NCBI GenBank assembly: GCA_026126245.1
Contig: JAHCJT010000001.1
Coordinates: 11,511-75,510, forward strand
Direction: 5' to 3'
Length of the DNA stretch: 64,000 nucleotides
Source of the DNA: Alphaproteobacteria bacterium
GTDB taxonomy: Bacteria > Pseudomonadota > Alphaproteobacteria > Reyranellales > Reyranellaceae
The notes beneath the pieces were generated by a model. That model saw only the letters and a list, made by a program, of their open reading frames with translations, made no database searches and had not been told where the DNA came from. Positions 1-8,407 of this stretch are shown here, piece by piece (positions within the stretch are counted from its first letter, which is position 1; each line of letters begins with the position of its first letter). Made by a program: the position numbers and the translations under genes.

Positions 1-1003
1 GGATCGGGCCCGATGACAGCTCGGCGGTCCGGTTCGGCAGACTGCCGGGGACCCGCGCAGCGACCGCAAGGCAGATGGCGCCGGTGATCGGCACCGCGCG
101 ATGCGGCTGTCCGACCGAGATCATGCGCACGACAATGTCGGCATCGGTTGCCGCCAACGCCCGTCCCGACAACGTGCGCGCCGCCTGCGGAGGGCTGACC
201 ATGGCGACCTTGGGAACGCCGGTGGTGCGCGCCGCGGCATCGGTGTTGGCTGAGATTCCCATGCGTACCGAAGCCGCGCGCCGGATACCTTCCATCTTTC
301 GCAGGAAGTCCACGTCACGTTCCAGGTCGTCGGGCATTTCGACGCCCACCTTTCCGAGGGCGGCAGCGGCCACGAATACGCAGGGGTTGGCGGCATCCAC
401 GCACGAGGCCTCGACGATTCCCATCTCCGGCACCTCGAGCGCGTCGCAGACCTTTCCGGTCGGCAGCAATTTGCCCGTCCTGGCGCCGCCCGGTTCGAGG
501 AACTCCAGCCTGATCGGAGCCGCTTTGCCGGCGATGCCGTCGATCTCCAGTTCGCCGGCGGCCGCCAGCGCGCCATCGGCGACGGGAAAGCGCGCCACGA
601 TGATTTTCGCGGTGTTGGTGTTGTGGATACGCACCACAGCCTCGCCGTCGGGCGGACGCGCCACGATGCCCTCCTCGATCGCAAACGGACCGACGGCCGA
701 CGACATGTTGCCGCAGTTGCCGCTGTAGTCGACCGCGGCCTCGCGCACGGCAACCTGCGCGAAGGTGTAGTCGACGTCGGCATCCGATCGACTCGGCGGG
801 CCGATAACGCAGACCTTGGAGAGCGAGGAAATGCCGCCGCCCATCCCGTCGAGCTGCCGGCCGTTGGGATCGGGCGAGCCCATCACCTGCAGGAAGATTG
901 CGTCCCAGTGCGCGGGGTCCGCCGGCAGATCCTGCCTGCGCAGCATCACGGCCTTGGAGGTGCCGCCCCGCATGAAGGTCGCACGCAAACGCTGGTTCGG
1001 CAC
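1..1003 (-). CDS. prpF: PrpF/AcnD-accessory family isomerase (3' end beyond window edge)
   Basis: Read manually (absent from ORF track because truncated): GTG at 1003 after GAGGAGG RBS, (M)PNQRLRATFMRGGTSKA...GSPDPNGRQLDGMGGGISSLSK...VDYSGNCGNMSSAVGPFA, diagnostic PrpF motifs. Symbol is family-level. Confidence 0.88.
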   Translation of the reverse strand, partial: MPNQRLRATFMRGGTSKAVMLRRQDLPADPAHWDAIFLQVMGSPDPNGRQLDGMGGGISSLSKVCVIGPPSRSDADVDYTFAQVAVREAAVDYSGNCGNMSSAVGPFAIEEGIVARPPDGEAVVRIHNTNTAKIIVARFPVADGALAAAGELEIDGIAGKAAPIRLEFLEPGGARTGKLLPTGKVCDALEVPEMGIVEASCVDAANPCVFVAAAALGKVGVEMPDDLERDVDFLRKMEGIRRAASVRMGISANTDAAARTTGVPKVAMVSPPQAARTLSGRALAATDADIVVRMISVGQPHRAVPITGAICLAVAARVPGSLPNRTAELSSGPI

Positions 1004-1217
1004 GTCATCCTCCTCGATGCGCCCTGCGATCGCCGCGGCGCTCAGGCCCGCCGCACCGGCGCAGGCGGCCGGTCGCACCGGGTCTTCCAGCGTGCCAGCA
1101 TACAGCCAAATCGTCTCCCGGCGGCGGCAGGCCCGGCGCAAGGGAGGGGCCGCGCCGTTTCGGCGCCGCGACAAGCGGTACCAACCGATCTGCCGTCGAG
1201 CCGAAGCTTATCGAAGT

Positions 1218-1232
1218 GTTCTTGACTTGTTC
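1218..1232 (+). promoter_or_regulatory. Candidate alphaproteobacterial LexA (SOS) box
   Basis: GTTC-TTGACTT-GTTC matches GTTC-N7-GTTC; intergenic; spacer contains a -35-like TTGACT. Confidence 0.4.
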
Positions 1233-1439
1233 CTGCGTCCGGGCCCAACACCTGAACCGACCGCCAGTCCCCCGACCGCCCGCGCGGCATATTCTTCAGT
1301 CAAATCAGATCTTTAAACTGCGGCAACGAGCGGTTTCGCCAGCCGTGCACTGGCGCGCATACCCTTGCATTTGGTCCCAAGTACCAAGCGCGACGGTCAG
1401 TGGCCGGGCTATCTGTCCATTTCGGATACGACCTTGGTT

Positions 1440-1556
1440 GCGACAGGCGGGCCAATCCGCGATTGTATCCCTGCCTGGATTTGTTCCCTTCCTACCTTAG
1501 TCTATTGCATATCCTCATCCCCTGACCCGGTGCCCCCGCACCGGGTCATTTTATTT
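1440..1556 (+). ncRNA. Candidate small RNA (5' end unknown)
   Basis: Lower-GC segment with CU-rich motifs (TTCCCTTCCT, TCCTCATCCCC) ending at a + strand terminator with no credible + strand gene upstream. Confidence 0.4.
1523..1556 (+). terminator. Intrinsic terminator
   Basis: Perfect 11-bp stem TGACCCGGTGC/GCACCGGGTCA, CCCC loop, followed by TTTTATTT. Confidence 0.8.
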
Positions 1557-1625
1557 GGCGGTGGCGCGCCGCGACCCGACTGGGAGGCACAATGCCCGCA
1601 ACGTCGAGGCCCGCACGCTTCGTCG

Positions 1626-3305
1626 CTACGTCGCACGTCCCTCGACGCCGGCCAGCGGCGGCTTGGCCGCGATGGCCGCGCCCGAGCTCAGGGTGAGTCC
1701 TTCATAGCCCTTTGCGGCGACGTCGTTGATGCGCGCCACATATTTTGGCGCCCCGCCATTGTAGACGAAGTAGCGGACCTTGCCGTGCTCGTGGCCGGCG
1801 ACGTTCGAGTTGTAACCGGTGAACCACGACTTGGCCTTCCGCATCAGCATCATCGCGTACATCTGGGTCACATGAGCGGTCCAGCGCTCCTCGGCTTCAA
1901 GCGTCGGTTCGGCGCGACTGTAGCCGCGCTCCCACATGTACTGCAGAAGCGCGGTGCACCAGTTGACACCGGTCTCGATGCCGCGCGGATAGTTTGTCGA
2001 TGCCGACCCGCTTTGCGGTCCGGCCGGCATCAGCAGATTCGGAAAGCCGTGGATCATCATCCCGAGGAAGGTCGAGGGACCGTCGGTCCACTTGTCGCGC
2101 AGCCGTTCGCCGCCCACGCCCTGGATGTCGATATGGTCAAACGCGCCGGTGATCGCATCGAAGCCGGTAGCATACACGATGATGTCGAAGTCGTAGTCCC
2201 GTTCCGTGGTTCGCAGGCCGGTCTCGGTAACGCGCACGATCGGTGTTTCAGCGATGTCCACCAGGTGCACGTTGTCGCGGTTGTAGGCCTCGTAGTAGTG
2301 CGTCTCCAGCGGCACCCGCTGCACGCCGAAGCCGTGATCGCGCGGGATCAGCTTTTCCGCGACCGCCTGATCCTTCACCCGACGTCGGATGCGGTCGGCG
2401 ATGTACCGGGAAAACTCGGCGTTCGCCTCCTCGTTGGTGAAGATCTCCCGGAAGTTCCGCAGCCAGATGCCGAATCCGGGCTCGTCGTACAGCCGGTCCC
2501 ACAACGCCAGGCGCTCCTCGCGCGAGACCTCGTAGAAACCGCGCCGATCCGGTTCGTGCTCGAAGCCACCGGGCGTGCGGGCACAGGCGGCGAAGATCTC
2601 GTCGTAGCGCGAGCGGATGTCGGCCATTTCCTGCTCGGAAATCGGACCGTTGTTCAGCGGCGCCGCCCAGTTGGGCCGGCGCTGGAATACCGTCAGGTCG
2701 CCGACCTTGTCGGCGATCTCGGCGATGACCTGGATGGACGTGGCACCCGTGCCGATGATGCCGACCCTCTTGCCCGCCAGCGGCACCGGCTCGTGCGGCC
2801 AGTAGAACGTGTGGAAAGAGCGCCCCTTGAAGTCATCCATGCCTTCATAGCGCGGCAGGGTCGGAATGGAGAGAAGACCCAGCGCCAAGATCACAAACCG
2901 GCAGGTCAGCTCGCGACCGTCGGCGATCTTCAGGCGCCACAGGTTGTTGGCCTCATCGTATTGCGCGGCCTCGACCTTGCTGTCGAATTGCATGTATTTG
3001 CGCAGGTTGAACTTGTCGGCGACGAAATTCAGGTAGCGCAGGTTCTCGGGCTGGCCCGAGAACCGCTCCTTCCAGTGCCACTCGTTCAGGAGTTCCTTGG
3101 AGAACGAATAGCCGTAGGTGTAGCTCTCGGAATCAAAGCGGGCACCCGGATAGCGGTTCCAGTACCACGTGCCGCCGAGATCCGGTGCCGCGTCGAGCAC
3201 CGTGGCGTTCACCCCGAGGTCGGTCAGGCGCTTGATCTGATAGATTCCGGCGACGCCAGCGCCAATGACGATCACTTCGTAGTCCGGTTCGTTTGTTGCG
3301 ATCAT
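1626..3305 (-). CDS. Type I Baeyer-Villiger monooxygenase
   Basis: Start MIATNEPDY after GGAG RBS (ORF-track 5' extension overlaps upstream gene); GAGVAG, GGTWYWNRYPG, fingerprint FKGRSFHTFYWP, GTGATS, ATGFDA. Confidence 0.95.
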   Translation of the reverse strand: MIATNEPDYEVIVIGAGVAGIYQIKRLTDLGVNATVLDAAPDLGGTWYWNRYPGARFDSESYTYGYSFSKELLNEWHWKERFSGQPENLRYLNFVADKFNLRKYMQFDSKVEAAQYDEANNLWRLKIADGRELTCRFVILALGLLSIPTLPRYEGMDDFKGRSFHTFYWPHEPVPLAGKRVGIIGTGATSIQVIAEIADKVGDLTVFQRRPNWAAPLNNGPISEQEMADIRSRYDEIFAACARTPGGFEHEPDRRGFYEVSREERLALWDRLYDEPGFGIWLRNFREIFTNEEANAEFSRYIADRIRRRVKDQAVAEKLIPRDHGFGVQRVPLETHYYEAYNRDNVHLVDIAETPIVRVTETGLRTTERDYDFDIIVYATGFDAITGAFDHIDIQGVGGERLRDKWTDGPSTFLGMMIHGFPNLLMPAGPQSGSASTNYPRGIETGVNWCTALLQYMWERGYSRAEPTLEAEERWTAHVTQMYAMMLMRKAKSWFTGYNSNVAGHEHGKVRYFVYNGGAPKYVARINDVAAKGYEGLTLSSGAAIAAKPPLAGVEGRAT

Positions 3306-3355
3306 GGTCTGCTCCTGCGCCTGTTTCCGGGTCGCCTGTGATCTGTCCGCCGAAG

Positions 3356-4996
3356 TCAGGCGAGGGCAAGTTCCCGGTAGCCATTTGCCGCTGCTTCGTC
3401 GCAGCGCGCCCGGTAGGCCGGCGCGCTGCCGCTGTAGCGTGCGATGATACGCGTCTGCTTGCCTTCGACGTTGGTGTTGATGCCGGTCATCCAGGAATTG
3501 ATTTCGTTGGACAGCAGCCCCACGCCTAGCGACTTGACATGATCGGTCCACGAGGCGACGCCCTCCGGCGTGGCCTCCACGCGGGTGATTCCTGCCGAGC
3601 GCGCATGGCGCAGCAGGCCCGTCACCCACTCGACATTGTATTCGATGCTGCGTGGGATATTGCCCAGCGCGGTATGCGGGCCCATCAGCATCATCATGTT
3701 GGGGAATCCCTCGACCATGACGCCGAGGTAAGTCTGTGGACCGTTCCGCCACCGTTCCTTCAGCCGCAACCCATTGACGCCGCGCAGGTCGATCTGGTCG
3801 AAGGCGCCGGTAATGGCATCGAAGCCCGTGGCATAGATGATGATGTCGAACGCGTACTCGGCATCGCTGGTCTTGATGCCCGTGGGCGTGATGCGCTCGA
3901 TGGGAGTGGCCTTGATGTCCACAAGCGTCACGTTGGGCTGGTTGTAGACCTCGTAGTATTTCGTCTCCAGCGGCACACGGCGGGTGCCGAAGCCGTGATC
4001 CCTGGGAATCAGTTTCTCCGCTACGGCCTGGTCCTTCACGCGCTGGCGGATCTTGCGCGCAACAAAGTCGGAGATCGCCGCATTGGCCTTGCGATCCGTC
4101 AGGATGTCCCGGAAGTTACCCTGCCAGATGCCGAACCCCGGCTCGGCGTAGAGCTTTTCGAAGAACGCCTCGCGCTCCTCCGGCGTGACCTCGAACGTGC
4201 CGCGCGGATCGGGCGTATGCAGGAAACAGGCGAACGTTTCCTGGCAGCGCCGGAAAATATCGGAGTATTCCGCCCTGATCTTTGCCATCGTCTGGGCGTC
4301 GATCTTGCGGTTGTGAAGCGGTGCGCACCAGTTGGGCGTACGCTGGAACACGGTCAGGCGGCCGGCGGTCTTGGCCACCTCCTGGATGGTCTGCACGCCG
4401 GTGGCGCCGGTGCCGATGACGGCCACGCGTTTGCCCTCGAAGCTCACCGCTTCGTGCGGCCAGCGGGCGGTATGAAACGACTTCCCTTCGAACGTTTCGA
4501 CGCCTGCGATTCGCGGCATGGTTGGCGACGACAGCACGCCAATGGCCGTGATCAGGAACCGTGCACGATGGCGACGGCCATCATCCAGCTCCACGGCCCA
4601 GCTGCGCGCAGCCTCATCATAGTGCGCCGACGCCACGCGACTGCGGAACTGAATGTCGCGCCGCAGATCGAACTTGTCGGCGACGAAGTTGAGGTAGCGC
4701 AGCGTCTCGGGCTGCGGCGCGAAGTGCTCGGTCCAGTCCCACTCCTCCAGCAGTTCCTTCGAGAAGGAGTAGCCGTAGGAATAGCTCTCCGAATCGAACC
4801 GCGCACCCGGGTAACGGTTCCAGTACCACGTGCCGCCGACGCCGGTTCCGGCCTCGAACACCCGTACCCGCATGCCCAGCTCGCGCAGGCGGTGAAGCTG
4901 GTACATGCCCGACATGCCGGCGCCGATGATGATGGCATCGTAGTCCAGCGGCGACGTCGCCTCGACGGAAGGCTGCGATGGGACCGAGGCGGCCAT
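3356..4996 (-). CDS. Type I Baeyer-Villiger monooxygenase
   Basis: GAGMSG, GGTWYWNRYPG, FEGKSFHTARWP, GTGATG, ATGFDA. Confidence 0.95.
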   Translation of the reverse strand: MAASVPSQPSVEATSPLDYDAIIIGAGMSGMYQLHRLRELGMRVRVFEAGTGVGGTWYWNRYPGARFDSESYSYGYSFSKELLEEWDWTEHFAPQPETLRYLNFVADKFDLRRDIQFRSRVASAHYDEAARSWAVELDDGRRHRARFLITAIGVLSSPTMPRIAGVETFEGKSFHTARWPHEAVSFEGKRVAVIGTGATGVQTIQEVAKTAGRLTVFQRTPNWCAPLHNRKIDAQTMAKIRAEYSDIFRRCQETFACFLHTPDPRGTFEVTPEEREAFFEKLYAEPGFGIWQGNFRDILTDRKANAAISDFVARKIRQRVKDQAVAEKLIPRDHGFGTRRVPLETKYYEVYNQPNVTLVDIKATPIERITPTGIKTSDAEYAFDIIIYATGFDAITGAFDQIDLRGVNGLRLKERWRNGPQTYLGVMVEGFPNMMMLMGPHTALGNIPRSIEYNVEWVTGLLRHARSAGITRVEATPEGVASWTDHVKSLGVGLLSNEINSWMTGINTNVEGKQTRIIARYSGSAPAYRARCDEAAANGYRELALA

Positions 4997-5032
4997 ACAC
5001 TGTCTCTCCAGTTGGGTTTGCGTGCCGTGCCC

Positions 5033-6688
5033 CTAGGCCACAGTCGCCGGCTGGCGCGAAAATTCGAAGCCCTCGTAGCCGTTGGCCGCTACTGCATCGC
5101 AGCGCCGTTTGTAGGCGTCGAAACCGCCGACGTAGGGCATGAACACACGCGGCTTGCCGGGGATATTGGCGCCCAGATACCACGAATTGGCCAGCGGATA
5201 GAGCGTGCTGTCGGCCACGGCGTTGACGTGCTGCACCCAGGCCGCCTCGGCCTCCGGGGTGGGCTCGATGCGGTCCAGGTCACGCCGGCGCATATGGGCA
5301 ACGCAATTGGCGATCCAGTCGGTGTGTTGCTCGATCGAGGCGATCATCTGCGTTTTCACGCCGGGGCTGCCGGGACCGGTGATGATGAACATGTTGGGAA
5401 AGCCCGAGACCATCAGCCCGAGATAGGTCAGCGGCCCGCCGGCCCACTTGTCCGCCAGCGAGGCGCCGTCCGTGGTCCGGATATCGATCTCCCGCAGCGC
5501 GCCGGTCATGGCGTCGAAGCCGGTCGCGAACACGATCGCATCCAGCGCGTAATCGGCGCCGCTGGCGGTGCGCAGCCCGGTCGCGGTGATTTCCTGGATG
5601 GGATCGCTGCGCACGTCGACCAGGGTGACGTTGTCTCGATTGTAGGTCTCGTAGTAGCCGGTATCGAGGCACAGACGCTTGGTGCCGATCGGATGGTCCT
5701 TCGGCGCCAGCAGTTCCGCCGTCTTCGGGTCCTTCACAATGCCACGGATCTTGTCGCGCACGAACTCGGCGGCGGTGTCGTTCGCCTCCTTGTTCACCAA
5801 CAGGTCGGTATAGGCATAGAGGAAGCTGATGCTGCCGCCCTCCTGCCACTTCGCCTCGTAGGCGGCGCGGCGCTCTTCGGGGCTGGCCTGCAGCGCCGAT
5901 TTGGTCGGCTTGGGGTAGCCGGCAATGGCGAAGGGCGTGTCGAACGCGGCCCGCCGACGCGCCGGATAGTCGGCCTTGTGTCGCCGTTCGCGATCGGGAT
6001 CCATCGGCGCGTTGCGCGCCGGCAGGCTGAAATTGGCGGTGCGCTGGAAGACATGCAGGTGTTTCGCCTGCCGCGCGATGATCGGGATCATCTGCACGCC
6101 CGAAGAGCCGGTGCCGATGACAGCGACACGCAGACCGCTGAAGTCGACGCCGTCATGAGGCCACAGTCCCGAGTGGTACCACTTGCCCTTGAAGTCGCCG
6201 ATGCCCTTGAAGTCGGGCACCCGCGGCGTCGATAGATTTCCGGCCGCCATGACGCAGAACCGCGCGCGCACCACGTCGCCCTTGTCGGTCGTCAGCGTCC
6301 AGGCGTTCGCCTTGCCGTCGAATACCGCCGACATCACCCTTGTATCGAGCTGCACGTCACGGCGCAGGTCGAAGCGGTCGGCGACGTGGTTGATGTAGCG
6401 CAGGATTTCCGGCTGGGTTCCGTAGCGTTCCGGCCATTTCCATTCCTGCTGCAACTCGTCGGAGAAGGCGTAGGAATACTCAAGACTCTCGACGTCGCAG
6501 CGGGCCCCGGGATAGCGGTTCCAGAACCACGTGCCACCGACGTCGGAGCCAGCCTCGAACGCGCGTACATGCAGGCCCATGCCGCGCAGGCGATGGATGG
6601 CATAGAGTCCGGCCAGGCCGCCGCCGACAATCGCAACGTCCAGGCGCGTCGAGGCGCGACCGCCGGGAAGGCTGGAAGCGTCGGGCAT
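5033..6688 (-). CDS. Type I Baeyer-Villiger monooxygenase (cyclohexanone/phenylacetone monooxygenase-like)
   Basis: GGGLAG, GGTWFWNRYPGARCDVES, FKGKWYHSGLWP, GTGSSG, NSWYLGANIPGKP. Confidence 0.95.
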   Translation of the reverse strand: MPDASSLPGGRASTRLDVAIVGGGLAGLYAIHRLRGMGLHVRAFEAGSDVGGTWFWNRYPGARCDVESLEYSYAFSDELQQEWKWPERYGTQPEILRYINHVADRFDLRRDVQLDTRVMSAVFDGKANAWTLTTDKGDVVRARFCVMAAGNLSTPRVPDFKGIGDFKGKWYHSGLWPHDGVDFSGLRVAVIGTGSSGVQMIPIIARQAKHLHVFQRTANFSLPARNAPMDPDRERRHKADYPARRRAAFDTPFAIAGYPKPTKSALQASPEERRAAYEAKWQEGGSISFLYAYTDLLVNKEANDTAAEFVRDKIRGIVKDPKTAELLAPKDHPIGTKRLCLDTGYYETYNRDNVTLVDVRSDPIQEITATGLRTASGADYALDAIVFATGFDAMTGALREIDIRTTDGASLADKWAGGPLTYLGLMVSGFPNMFIITGPGSPGVKTQMIASIEQHTDWIANCVAHMRRRDLDRIEPTPEAEAAWVQHVNAVADSTLYPLANSWYLGANIPGKPRVFMPYVGGFDAYKRRCDAVAANGYEGFEFSRQPATVA

Positions 6689-6870
6689 GGCAAGTCCTCC
6701 TCGGCGGCGCCCCGAATGGCACGGGTCCGCGGCATTCCGCTATATGAACGATCATTTACCTAGCAGACTCTAGCGTCCGCCGCGCCATCGCGCAAATGCG
6801 GCAGTGCCGCGCTATGTCATTGCCGACGGCATCTGCCGGTGCGGCCCACCGTGCCGTGAGCCCGCGTCCG

Positions 6871-8025
6871 CTACCGCGCCAACAGGCGCCGCGCCACGAC
6901 CATGCGATGAACCTCGGTGGGCCCCTCGTAGACACGCATGGTACGCACCTTCTGCGCCATGAGCTGCAGCGGCATCTCCTTGGTCATGCCCATGGCGCCG
7001 AATGTCTGCATGGCGTGGTCGATCACGCGAGTCGCCATCTCGGTGGCAAACACCTTGATCATCGACGCTTCGCTGCGCACGTCCTGGCCGGCATCCTGCT
7101 TGGCCGCGGCGTCCAGCGCCATCAAACGGCAGGCATGGATGGCCGTCGCCGCATCGGCGATCCACCACTGAACGGCCTGGCGGTCGGCCAGCCTGGCGCC
7201 GAAGGTGGTCCGCTGGGTCGCATAGGTGCACATCATGTCCAACGCCCGCCGCGCCATGCCGATGCACATCGGCCCCATCAGCAGCCGGCGCCGCGTCAAC
7301 CGAAGCTGCATGTGGGCAAATCCACGCCCCGGTTCGCCCAACACCTGGCTGTCCGGCACGCGGCACCCGTCCAGAACGAGCTCGTAAGTGCGGTGGCCGC
7401 CCAGCATCGGGATCTCGCGTTCGATGCGAAAGCCCGGCGTGCCGCGATCGACCAGGAAGGCGGTGATGCCGCGGTGGTCCTTGCCGGCGGCGGTTCGCGC
7501 CAGAACGACGGTGAAGTCCGCCCGCGGCATGTAGCTGACCCAGATCTTGCGGCCGTTGAGCACCCAGTGGTCGCCCTCCTTCACGGCGCGCGTCGCCATC
7601 GCGGTCGGATCGGCGCCGGCGCCGGGTTCGGAGATCGCGGTCGCCGAGCGAATGCGGCCCGCCGCGTATGGTTCGAGGTAGCGTTGCCGTTGATCCTCGT
7701 TCGCCACCACCATCAGCAAGCGCAGCACCGGCGACTCCGGCGGCAGGGAGAACGGCACGACCGTTCGGCTCAACTCCTCCTGCACCAAGATCAGTGCTGT
7801 CGTCGGCAAGTCGGCGCCGCCGTACTCAGCGGGCGCATCGAGGCCCCACAGGCCCAGCTCACGGCATTTGGCCAGAAGCGGCGCGGCCTCCGCGTCCGTC
7901 AGGTGCAGTTCACCGCCGGCGGCTTCGCGCGCCAGCAGCGCCGCTTCACGCGGCATCAGTTCGCGCTCAACGAATCGCGCCACCAACTCCTGGATGGCGC
8001 GATGTTCTTCCGCAATACCGAACAC
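6871..8025 (-). CDS. Acyl-CoA dehydrogenase
   Basis: AISEPGAGAD, WVLNGRKIW, ASMIK, RVYEGPTEVHR; GTG start approximate. Confidence 0.93.
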   Translation of the reverse strand: MFGIAEEHRAIQELVARFVERELMPREAALLAREAAGGELHLTDAEAAPLLAKCRELGLWGLDAPAEYGGADLPTTALILVQEELSRTVVPFSLPPESPVLRLLMVVANEDQRQRYLEPYAAGRIRSATAISEPGAGADPTAMATRAVKEGDHWVLNGRKIWVSYMPRADFTVVLARTAAGKDHRGITAFLVDRGTPGFRIEREIPMLGGHRTYELVLDGCRVPDSQVLGEPGRGFAHMQLRLTRRRLLMGPMCIGMARRALDMMCTYATQRTTFGARLADRQAVQWWIADAATAIHACRLMALDAAAKQDAGQDVRSEASMIKVFATEMATRVIDHAMQTFGAMGMTKEMPLQLMAQKVRTMRVYEGPTEVHRMVVARRLLAR

Positions 8026-8087
8026 AGAAATGTCCGCCCCTGAATTCCCGACTCAAGGCAGCCAATCCGATCATGCCATCAGCCGCA

Positions 8088-8101
8088 TTGATGTGGATTA
8101 A
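8088..8101. promoter_or_regulatory. Possible FNR/FixK-type box
   Basis: TTGAT-GTGG-ATTAA, one mismatch to TTGAT-N4-ATCAA, ~65 bp upstream of the ACAD start. Confidence 0.3.
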
Positions 8102-8407
8102 CGCCGGTCGGACGGACCGCTTCGGCCCCGCCGTCGGACCACTCCGGCCGGCCGCAGCGGCGTTTCCGGTACGGCGGTGGCGATCGCCGCTGCATTGAAG
8201 TGGGGCGAATTCCCTGACGTCACCAAGGTCTTGAACATCCGGCTCGGCGGCCGTTTTGGCGACCGGAGCCCTGGATGACGGCGGCGCCAGCGGGGCCGCG
8301 CTGCATCCCGTGAATACGACGCAACTCACTTTGATATTCAGGTCACGATGCGCTCTGCTAAGCTGACCGCCGTAAGAGGCCCACCGCACGCGACAGGACG
8401 AAGAACC

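Noticed and set aside
1042-1290. 82-aa minus-strand ORF upstream of prpF
   Set aside because: No RBS or recognisable motif, and it runs through likely promoter DNA
1365-6235. Very long + strand ORFs (658 aa, 898 aa) and similar ones at 49342-51309, 52004-53581, 54879-56639
   Set aside because: Antisense shadows of well-supported genes; expected from high-GC codon bias; no recognisable motifs
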